Shown one piece after another: positions 8,458 to 15,073 of a DNA stretch of 16,632 nucleotides. The notes beneath the pieces were generated by a model. That model was not told where the DNA came from, searched no databases, and saw only the letters and a program-made list of their open reading frames with translations. Location of the stretch: positions 1-16,632 of the forward strand of contig JBIOTN010000071.1 of the NCBI GenBank assembly GCA_044866005.1. The letters run 5' to 3'. The translations under genes and the position numbers were made by a program. Position 1 is the stretch's first letter. Every line of letters starts with the position of its first letter. Origin of the DNA: Candidatus Rokuibacteriota bacterium. Lineage in GTDB: Bacteria > Methylomirabilota > Methylomirabilia > Rokubacteriales > DASRDR01.

Positions 8458-10472
8458 GATCGCCGGCTCGCCCCGTCGAGGGCCGTGCTCCCGCCGCGCC
8501 CGGTCGGCTCCGTCCCCTGCGCGGGCGGCGCGAGCTCGAGCCGGCAAAAGGCTCCCGGCGTGAGCGCGGCGCCGGGCGCCGGCGTCTGCCGTACCACGAG
8601 GCCCCGGCCGCCGACGGACAGCTCGACCTCGTAGCCGGCGAGCAGGACGAGCGCCTGGCGCAGGCTCCGGCCGACGAGGTTCGGCATCACGGCGGCGCCC
8701 GGCTCGGCCTCGGCCAGGGCGGCGGTGACGACGTCCGGCGGCTCGACCGGCGCCGGCGCCCGCACGATCTGCACCGCGGGCGCGCCGCTCGGGGCGACGT
8801 CCAGATGCCGCAACACCTGAGCGGCCACCGCCGAAAAGATCGGCGCCGCGGCCTCCGATCCCCACACGACCGTCTTCGGCTCGTCGAGCAAGGCCAGCAT
8901 GACGAGGCGCGGGGCCTCGGCCGGGACGAAGCCCACGAACGAAAGCACGCCCGGCTTGCGAGAATAGACGCGCGTGACCGGGTCGAGCTTCTGGGCGGTC
9001 CCCGTCTTCCCCGCCACGGCGTAGCCCTCCACCGCCGCCCGGTGCCCCGTGCCCTGGCTCACGACCGCGGTGAGGATCTCCGTCAGCGTCGCCGCCGTGT
9101 CGCGCGAGACGACCTGCCGCACCGCCCGGGGCTCGAACCGCCGCACCTCCCGGCCGGTCCCGTCCACGACGGCCCGGAGGATCTGCGGCTGCATGAGCCG
9201 GCCCTCGTTGGCGATCGCGGCAAAGGCGGCGACGAGCTGGAGCGCGGTCACCGACACCTCCTGGCCGATGGACATCGAGGCCAGCGAAAGCCCCGACCAG
9301 CGCTCGAGCGGCCGGAGCTGGCCCCGGCTCTCTCCGGGCAGCCCGACGCCGGTCGGACTCCCGAAGCCGAAGGCCGCGATGTGCTTGAAGTAGCGCTCCC
9401 GGCCCAGGGTCAGGCCGACCTTGATCGCGCCGACGTTCGAGGAGAACTGGAGCACCTCGCGGAAGGAGAGCCAGCCGTAGCGCTTCCAGTCGTGGATCGC
9501 GCGGTTCGCCACGGTGATGACGCCCTGCTCGCCGTAGAGCCGATCCTGCGGGCGGACGACGCGCTCCTCGAGCGCGGCCGCGGCGAGGAAGGCCTTGAAG
9601 GTCGAGCCCGGCTCGAAGGGGTCGGTGACCGCGCGGTTCCGCCACTCGGCCGAGCTGGCCGTCTGATAGGCGTTCGGGTTGAAGGTCGGCCGGATGGCCA
9701 TCGCCAGGATCTCGCCCGTTCGCGGGTCCATCGCCACGATCATCCCGGCGCGCGCCCCGGTCTGGCGCCACGCCGCCTCGAGCTCGCGCTCGGCAACGTA
9801 CTGGACCGCCGCGTCGATCGTGAGCACGAGTCCCTGGCCGGGCGTCGGCGGCTTGAGGATCGCCGGCTCCGCCGTCACGTCGCGCCCCAGCGCGTCACGC
9901 TCGACGAGGGCGAGCCCGGCCTGGCCGGCCAGGAGGCGGTCGTAGGCCAGCTCCACGCCCTCGAGCCCCCGGTCGTCGTAGCCCTCGAAGCCGAGGACGT
10001 GGGCGGCGAGCTCGCGGTTCGGGTAGAACCGGAGCGACTCGGGGATCGTGCCGATCCCGGGGAGCGAGAGCGCGCGGAGGGGCTGGACGGCGCCCGGGGC
10101 GAGCTTCCGCTTGAGCCAGACGAAGGGCCGGTCGGTCCGGAGCCGCTCCTCGATCTCCTGCGGCCGCTCGCCGAGCCGCGGGGCCAGGCGCGCCGCCAGG
10201 GCCGCGCGGTCCACGATCCGGCGCGGCAGCGCGAAGACCGACTCCGCCTCGGTCGAGACGGCGAGCGGCTGCCCGTGGCGGTCGAAGATCGGCCCGCGCT
10301 TGGGCTTGAGCGCGATCGCCCGGGAGTACTGGCGCTCGGCCAGACGGGCCAGGGCGTCGTGACGGAGGAGCTGGAGATCGCCGAGCCGGATGAGCACGGC
10401 CACGTGGACCAGGACGAGGACGCCGGTCAGGATGAGCGCGCGGCTCCGGAACCGAGACGCCGACCCCGTCAT
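8454..10472 (-). CDS. ftsI: Class B penicillin-binding protein (FtsI/PBP3) with C-terminal PASTA domain
   Basis: N-terminal TM helix, RGPIFDRHG, RFYP, GLEGVE, catalytic EPGSTFK (SxxK), SSN (SxN), GKTGTAQK (KTG); C-terminal VMPNLVGRSLRQA...VVRQTPAPG is PASTA-like. Start placed at ATG 10472. Confidence 0.96.
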   Translation of the reverse strand: MTGSASRFRSRALILTGVLVLVHVAVLIRLGDLQLLRHDALARLAERQYSRAIALKPKRGPIFDRHGQPLAVSTEAESVFALPRRIVDRAALAARLAPRLGERPQEIEERLRTDRPFVWLKRKLAPGAVQPLRALSLPGIGTIPESLRFYPNRELAAHVLGFEGYDDRGLEGVELAYDRLLAGQAGLALVERDALGRDVTAEPAILKPPTPGQGLVLTIDAAVQYVAERELEAAWRQTGARAGMIVAMDPRTGEILAMAIRPTFNPNAYQTASSAEWRNRAVTDPFEPGSTFKAFLAAAALEERVVRPQDRLYGEQGVITVANRAIHDWKRYGWLSFREVLQFSSNVGAIKVGLTLGRERYFKHIAAFGFGSPTGVGLPGESRGQLRPLERWSGLSLASMSIGQEVSVTALQLVAAFAAIANEGRLMQPQILRAVVDGTGREVRRFEPRAVRQVVSRDTAATLTEILTAVVSQGTGHRAAVEGYAVAGKTGTAQKLDPVTRVYSRKPGVLSFVGFVPAEAPRLVMLALLDEPKTVVWGSEAAAPIFSAVAAQVLRHLDVAPSGAPAVQIVRAPAPVEPPDVVTAALAEAEPGAAVMPNLVGRSLRQALVLLAGYEVELSVGGRGLVVRQTPAPGAALTPGAFCRLELAPPAQGTEPTGRGGSTALDGASRRS

Positions 10473-10537
10473 GGACTCCGCAGGCGCGCCCGACCCCGCT
10501 TCACCGTGTTCGTCCGTCCCGCCCGCCCGGCGCTCAT
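10469..10537 (-). other. Putative 22-aa bridging mini-ORF (MSAGRAGRTNTVKRGRARLRSP)
   Basis: Hand translation: ATG 10537 overlaps the ftsL TGA; TGA 10471-10469 overlaps the ftsI ATG 10472; both ends read GTCCATGA. Confidence 0.4.
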
Positions 10538-10944
10538 GGACGTCCCCCGCTCGAGCCCGGCCGTTCCTCTCGCGCCGCGGTCCGGAGGGCCACGCCGTCC
10601 GCCGCGTCCTTGGGCGCGACGAACTCCCGCGCCATCCGGACCTGGTCGCGCGCGGGCTCCGTGAAGCCGAGCCGGCGGGCCGCGGAATCCACGCGGGCGA
10701 GCGAGGAGAGCGACAGGAGCTCGAGGCGGAGCTTGCGGTTCTGCTCGTCGAGCTCGGCACGGAGGCCCCGGATGTCCTCCAGCTCGTACGAGACGCGCAC
10801 GCGCTGGACCTGGAGCCAGACGTAGCCCAGCACGGCGCCCACCAGGAGCGCGCCGAGACAGAGCACGGCCGCCATCGCGCGGAGCCGCCGGCCGTCGCGT
10901 TCCCGCACTATCGATTCCGCCTGATCGGGGATGAATCGCATCAT
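10534..10944 (-). CDS. ftsL: Cell division protein FtsL
   Basis: 136 aa with short basic N-terminus, one TM segment, Leu-rich coiled coil ending 'SLARVDSAARRLGF..P'; canonical slot between rsmH and ftsI; GAGGA SD. Confidence 0.88.
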   Translation of the reverse strand: MMRFIPDQAESIVRERDGRRLRAMAAVLCLGALLVGAVLGYVWLQVQRVRVSYELEDIRGLRAELDEQNRKLRLELLSLSSLARVDSAARRLGFTEPARDQVRMAREFVAPKDAADGVALRTAAREERPGSSGGRP

Positions 10945-10951
10945 GGGGTCC

Positions 10952-11881
10952 TCAGCATCGCTCGAGCACTCGGAACTTGGCGCTCCGGGCGCGGGGGTTG
11001 TCGCGGACCTCGGCCTCGCTCGGACGGACGGGCTTCCGGGTCGCGAGCCTGAAACCGGACTCGGCCGCGAGGCCGCGAAACGCGCGCTTGACGAGGCGGT
11101 CTTCCAGCGAGTGAAACGCGATCACGCCGAACCGGGCACGCGGCGCCAGGAGCTCCACCGCCTGGGGCAGGGCCGCTTCGAGGCTCCCCAGCTCGTCGTT
11201 GACGGCGATCCGGAGCGCCTGGAACGTCCGGGTGGCGGGGTGAAGACGACGGGAGCGGCGATGGGGCGGGATCGCCGCCGTGACCAGCTCGGCGAGCGTC
11301 CGGGTCGTCGCGATGGGAGCGCGGGCGCGGGCCGCCACGAGCCGGCGCGCGATCCGTCGCGCCGCGGGCTCTTCGCCGTAGGTGGCCAGAATGCGGGCCA
11401 GGTCGGGCTCGGGCGTCTTCTGGACCAGGTCGGCCGCGGTGCGGCCGCCTCGGGGGTCGAAGCGCATGTCGAGCGGCTCGTCGGCCTGAAAGGTGAAGCC
11501 GCGGCCGCTCGCCTCGAGCTGGAACGACGACAGCCCGAGGTCGAGGAGGATCGCCGCGGCCCCGTCGATGCCGCAGGCGCCCGCTTCGCGCGCGAGGTGC
11601 CGGAAGTCGGCGTGGCGGAGGACCACCCGCCCCCCGAACGGGGCCAGGCGGGCGGCCGCGAGGTCGAGCGACACGGGGTCCCGGTCGAGGCCCAGCAGCC
11701 GGGCGTCCGTCGCGCGCTCGAGCAGCGCCGCCGCATGACCACCCAGCCCGACGGTGCCGTCGACGATCCAGCCCCCCGCCGGGACAGGCGTGAGCCAGCC
11801 GAGCACTTCGTCCCGCAGGACGGGCCGGTGACCCCCGGGCGCGGCCGACGGGCCGAGGCGTGCGCGGCCTTCGGCGCTCAT
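10952..11881 (-). CDS. rsmH: 16S rRNA m4C1402 methyltransferase RsmH (MraW)
   Basis: HRPVLRDEV, DGTVGLGGH, LDLGLSSFQL, RGFTF, PLDMR, HPATRTFQALRIAVNDEL, FHSLEDR, NPRARSAK; ATG 11881 overlaps the mraZ stop (ATGA). Confidence 0.97.
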   Translation of the reverse strand: MSAEGRARLGPSAAPGGHRPVLRDEVLGWLTPVPAGGWIVDGTVGLGGHAAALLERATDARLLGLDRDPVSLDLAAARLAPFGGRVVLRHADFRHLAREAGACGIDGAAAILLDLGLSSFQLEASGRGFTFQADEPLDMRFDPRGGRTAADLVQKTPEPDLARILATYGEEPAARRIARRLVAARARAPIATTRTLAELVTAAIPPHRRSRRLHPATRTFQALRIAVNDELGSLEAALPQAVELLAPRARFGVIAFHSLEDRLVKRAFRGLAAESGFRLATRKPVRPSEAEVRDNPRARSAKFRVLERC

Positions 11882-12318
11882 AGCCCGAACTCGCTCACCT
11901 TGCGCGCCATCTCGTCGAAGCTCCCCCGCAGGCCCTGGTAGTGGTCGGCCCAGCGCTCCTGGCTCCAGATCTCGAACTTCGTCAGCGTGCCCGCGATGAC
12001 GACGTCCTTGTTCAGGCCGGCGAACTCGCGGAGCTCGGGCGGAATCAACGTGCGACCGGCCTTGTCCACGGGGCAGTCCTTGGCGCTCCCCACGATGATG
12101 CGCTGGAGGTTCCGCATCTCCGGGGAGAATTGCGGCTGCAGGCGCAGCTTCTCTTCGAAGCGCTCCCACTCGTCGAGCGGATAGGCGACGATGCAGTGAT
12201 CGCCCTCGGTGAGGACGAGCGTGTCGACGTCGCGCTCGGCCAGCTCCTCCCGGAACCTGGCCGGGATGCTGAGCCGCCCTTTCGGGTCGATCGTATGGTG
12301 ATACCGCCCCCGGAACAC
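11878..12318 (-). CDS. mraZ: Division/cell wall cluster transcriptional repressor MraZ
   Basis: MFRGRYHHTIDPKGRLSIP and VDKAGRTLIP (two DxxGR repeats), FEIW; 146 aa; GTG start with GGAGG upstream. Confidence 0.98.
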   Translation of the reverse strand: MFRGRYHHTIDPKGRLSIPARFREELAERDVDTLVLTEGDHCIVAYPLDEWERFEEKLRLQPQFSPEMRNLQRIIVGSAKDCPVDKAGRTLIPPELREFAGLNKDVVIAGTLTKFEIWSQERWADHYQGLRGSFDEMARKVSEFGL

Positions 12319-12395
12319 CCGCCTCTGTCCTCCCCGGCCTCCCCCGACCCGGGAGCCGTCGCGCGCCGCCTCTCGGCGGTCCTCCGTGGCCGTTT

Positions 12396-12420
12396 ATCCC
12401 ACTTCATCCCACTTTGTGGG
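12396..12420 (-). promoter_or_regulatory. Putative MraZ operator: tandem AAGTGGGAT repeats
   Basis: AAGTGGGAT twice at 10-bp period on the minus strand (12414-12406, 12404-12396), plus an inverted GTGGG at 12416-12420; resembles the TGGG/GTGG repeats bound by MraZ in other bacteria. Confidence 0.75.
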
Positions 12421-12424
12421 GCCC

Positions 12425-12454
12425 ATGCTACAAAGGGGTCCCGAGACCTGTCAA
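12425..12454 (-). promoter_or_regulatory. Sigma70-type promoter of the dcw operon
   Basis: Perfect TTGACA (12454-12449), 18-nt spacer, TAGCAT (12430-12425); T-rich UP-like tract upstream (about 12457-12505), the most AT-rich stretch in the window. Confidence 0.75.
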
Positions 12455-12524
12455 GGGAAAAATGCCGTTCGAAAAAGAAAAAAACGGTGCTTGGGAAAGA
12501 AACAACCGGTGGTAGGCGTCTCCC

Positions 12525-12986
12525 CTAGGAATACCTCACGTAGAGGGTGCGGAGCCGCGCCCGGTGCTCGGCGGCCTCCCTCGTGAGCTGTCCCAGGGTG
12601 GGGGGCTCGGCCGCCCACCCGAGCAGCGTCGCCAGCTCGCGATAGCTCTGGGCGACTCGACGCTCGGCCCGGAAGGCGCGGGCGAAGAGCTCGGAGCGCT
12701 GCTCCAGTGGCGCGTCGACCGCGGCCACCGGCGGCGCGGTCGCCGGCGCGCCGGCGTCGGCGGCGACCGTCGCCGCGGAGGCGCCGAGGGCTGCGACGTG
12801 TCGCCGCTTGGCGTCGGCCAGCTCGGCGAGCGCCGTGCCGAGCGGGCGGAGGCGCGTCATCGCGGCGAACTCCCCGTAGAGCGCCGCGAGCTCGCGCTCG
12901 GCGCAGAGCGCCTCGGCGAGGACCTGCTCGATCGCGGCGCGGCGGGCCACGGGCAGCTCGGCGAGATCGATGCGGAGATCCGCCAT
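12525..12986 (-). CDS. Hypothetical protein, ferritin-like/rubrerythrin-like four-helix bundle with degenerate metal ligands
   Basis: 153 aa with internal two-fold repeat: 'AE......Y...A.....L..LA..K..H' and 'AE......Y...A.....L..L..EA..H' separated by an Ala/Pro linker; fills the gap between the permease and the dcw promoter. No clear SD. Confidence 0.65.
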   Translation of the reverse strand: MADLRIDLAELPVARRAAIEQVLAEALCAERELAALYGEFAAMTRLRPLGTALAELADAKRRHVAALGASAATVAADAGAPATAPPVAAVDAPLEQRSELFARAFRAERRVAQSYRELATLLGWAAEPPTLGQLTREAAEHRARLRTLYVRYS

Positions 12987-13034
12987 ATGGTGGGCTTGGC
13001 TGGGGGACGCCGGGGTGCGGCGCGGAACGGCGCG

Positions 13035-13943
13035 CTAGGCTCCCCTGAGACGCGGGTCCAGCGTGTCGCGCAGGGCGTCCCCGAGGAGGTTCGAGCCGAA
13101 GACGGCGAGGCTGATGGCGATGCCGGGAAAGAGGACGAGGTGGGGCGCCTTCTGGGCGTACTCCGCCGCGGACACGGACAGCATGCGCCCCCACGAGGGG
13201 TACGGCTCGGGCACGCCGAGGCCGAGGAAGGAGAGCGCGGCCTCCACCAGGATCGCGCTCCCGAGCTGCGCCGTGCAGAGGACGATGAACGGGCCGACCG
13301 TGTTCGGGAGGACGTGCCGGAAGGCGATGCGGAGGTGTCGGAGACCCAGTGCCCGCGCGGCCTCCACGTACTGCATCTCGCGGATCGACAGCACGCTCGA
13401 CCGGATCACCCGCGCCGCGCGCGGCACGATGGGGACCGAGATCGCGATGATCACGTTCTCGATGGACGGGCCGAGCGCCGCCGACATCACGAGCGCGAGC
13501 ACCAGCAGCGGGAGCCCCTGCAGGATGTCGAGGAACCGCTGCGTCAGGAGGTCCGTCTTGCCGCCGAAGTACGCGGAGAGCAGGCCGACGAATCCGCCCA
13601 GGCCCGATCCGAGCGCGGTGGACGCGAGCCCGACGATCAGGGAGACGCGCGCGCCGTGGACGATCCGCGAGTAGATGTCGCGGCCGAGGTGGTCGGAGCC
13701 CAGCCAGTGGACGACGCCGGGCCGGGCCAGGGTGTGCGCCGCGTCCGTCGCGATCGGGTCCTGGGACGCCAGGAGCTCGGCGAACACGGCGGCGAACACG
13801 ATGGCGAGCATCACGAAGCCGCCCACGGCCCCGAGCGGCTTTTTCCGCACGAAGCGGGCGAGGGCCGTGCGCCGACGCGGCCGCGCCTCGCCGACCGCCG
13901 GCGCGGGGAGCGTGGCGACGCTCTCCGCGGGCCTAGCCGCCAT
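13035..13943 (-). CDS. Peptide/nickel ABC transporter permease (DppC/OppC-like)
   Basis: HWLGSDHLGRDIYSR, GARVSL, YVEAARALG (EAA loop), RHVLPN, LSFLGLG, NLLGDALRDTLDPR. Confidence 0.95.
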   Translation of the reverse strand: MAARPAESVATLPAPAVGEARPRRRTALARFVRKKPLGAVGGFVMLAIVFAAVFAELLASQDPIATDAAHTLARPGVVHWLGSDHLGRDIYSRIVHGARVSLIVGLASTALGSGLGGFVGLLSAYFGGKTDLLTQRFLDILQGLPLLVLALVMSAALGPSIENVIIAISVPIVPRAARVIRSSVLSIREMQYVEAARALGLRHLRIAFRHVLPNTVGPFIVLCTAQLGSAILVEAALSFLGLGVPEPYPSWGRMLSVSAAEYAQKAPHLVLFPGIAISLAVFGSNLLGDALRDTLDPRLRGA

Positions 13944-14886
13944 AGCGGACCCTGGGGTCCAGGACCCCGTAGAGGAGGTCGACGGCGAGGTTCGAGAGGA
14001 TCACGACGATGGCGATGAACATGACGAGGTTCTGCACGATCGGGTAGTCGCGCCAGAGGATCGCCTGGACGAGGAACCGGGCCACGCCGGGCAGGTTGAA
14101 GACGGTCTCCGTCACGATGAGGCCGCCGATGACGAAGGCGAACTCGATGCCGATGACGGTCACCACGGGCAGGATCGCGTTCTTCAGCGCATGGCGCCAC
14201 ACGACCGCGCGGCCGCGCTGGCCCTTGGCCCGCGCCGTCCGGATGTAGTCTTCCCGCAGGACCTCGAGCATGGCCGACCGGGTGATCCGCATCATGAGCG
14301 CGGAGGACCGGTAGCCCACGGCCAGCGCGGGCAGGAGGAACTGCACCGCGTGCAGTTTGAAGTTTTCCGTGGGGGGGACGTAGGTGAGCGGGGGAATCCA
14401 GCCGAACCAGGCGACGAGGCCGAGGATGATGACCATACCCAGCCAGAAGGACGGCATGGAGAGCCCGGCCAGGCTGACCACGCGGAGCACGTAGTCCAGC
14501 GTCGAGTCCTGGCGGACCGCGCTGACCACGCCGGTCGGCACGCCCAGCAGCACGGCGATCACGACGGAGAGCGTGCCCAGCTCGAGCGACACGGGGAGCA
14601 ACGGCCGGATGATCTGCCAGGCGGGGAGATCGTAGCGGTAGGACTTCCCGAGGTCGCCCGAGAAGATCTGACCGAGCCACTCCACGTACTGCTGCCAGAC
14701 GGGCCGGTCGAGGCCGAGCTCCCGCATGATCGCCTGCTTCTCGCTCGGGTTCACGTAGCCCGCGGTGGAGAAGAGGATGTCGACGATGTCCCCGGGGGCC
14801 AGGCGCAGCAGGACGAAGATGACCATCGACATGCCGAGCAGGGTGAGGACCGCGATGCCCAGCCGCTGCGCCAGGTACGTCTTCAT
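13933..14886 (-). CDS. Peptide/nickel ABC transporter permease (DppB/OppB-like)
   Basis: LGLDRP..QY, GDLGKS, DYIRTARAKG, RHALKNA, ETVFNLPG, RDYPIVQ, DLLYGVLDPRV. Confidence 0.95.
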   Translation of the reverse strand: MKTYLAQRLGIAVLTLLGMSMVIFVLLRLAPGDIVDILFSTAGYVNPSEKQAIMRELGLDRPVWQQYVEWLGQIFSGDLGKSYRYDLPAWQIIRPLLPVSLELGTLSVVIAVLLGVPTGVVSAVRQDSTLDYVLRVVSLAGLSMPSFWLGMVIILGLVAWFGWIPPLTYVPPTENFKLHAVQFLLPALAVGYRSSALMMRITRSAMLEVLREDYIRTARAKGQRGRAVVWRHALKNAILPVVTVIGIEFAFVIGGLIVTETVFNLPGVARFLVQAILWRDYPIVQNLVMFIAIVVILSNLAVDLLYGVLDPRVRYGG

Positions 14887-14931
14887 CGGATGACGGTCCC
14901 GGTGCCTTCGCGGGGGGGGAGGCAGGCCCGC

Positions 14932-14990
14932 GCCGTTCGCCGAAAAGCGAACGGCCCGGCTTCACCGGGAGGGCCGTCGGCCCCCCGGTG
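14932..14990. repeat. Tandem GC-rich palindromes (REP-like)
   Basis: gccgttcgc-cgaaaa-gcgaacggc (14932-14955, perfect 9-bp stem) and caccggg(a)gggcc-gtc-ggccccccggtg (14963-14990, 12-bp stem with one bulge). Confidence 0.7.
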
Positions 14991-15039
14991 GGGTGTCGCG
15001 GATCGAGCCCCGCAGGCGCGACGAGACGCGACGGGGAGA

Positions 15040-15066
15040 TGGAAAGGGGGGGCGGGAGCCCCCCCT
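15040..15066 (-). terminator. Stem-loop just after the SBP stop; weak terminator or mRNA stabiliser
   Basis: Minus strand AGGGGGGGC-TCCC-GCCCCCCCT (9-bp stem) followed only by TTCCAT, so the U-tract is poor. Confidence 0.5.
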
Positions 15067-15073
15067 CCGAGCA

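Noticed and set aside
8458..9771. Apparent 949-aa MurE fusion
   Set aside because: The extension is an off-frame reading of ftsI; the real start is at the ATGA overlap at 8457.
76..10664. Very long plus-strand ORFs (640, 938, 574, 466, 616, 619 aa)
   Set aside because: They lie antisense to well-identified dcw genes and have no recognisable motifs; long antisense frames are expected with strong GC3 bias.
10473..12169. Extended N-termini of FtsI (from 10760) and RsmH (from 12169) in the ORF track
   Set aside because: They overlap ftsL and mraZ in other frames and are low-complexity.
12457..12505. A-tract as a terminator or sign of foreign DNA
   Set aside because: No convincing stem directly before the T-run on the minus strand; its position just upstream of TTGACA fits an UP-like promoter element better.
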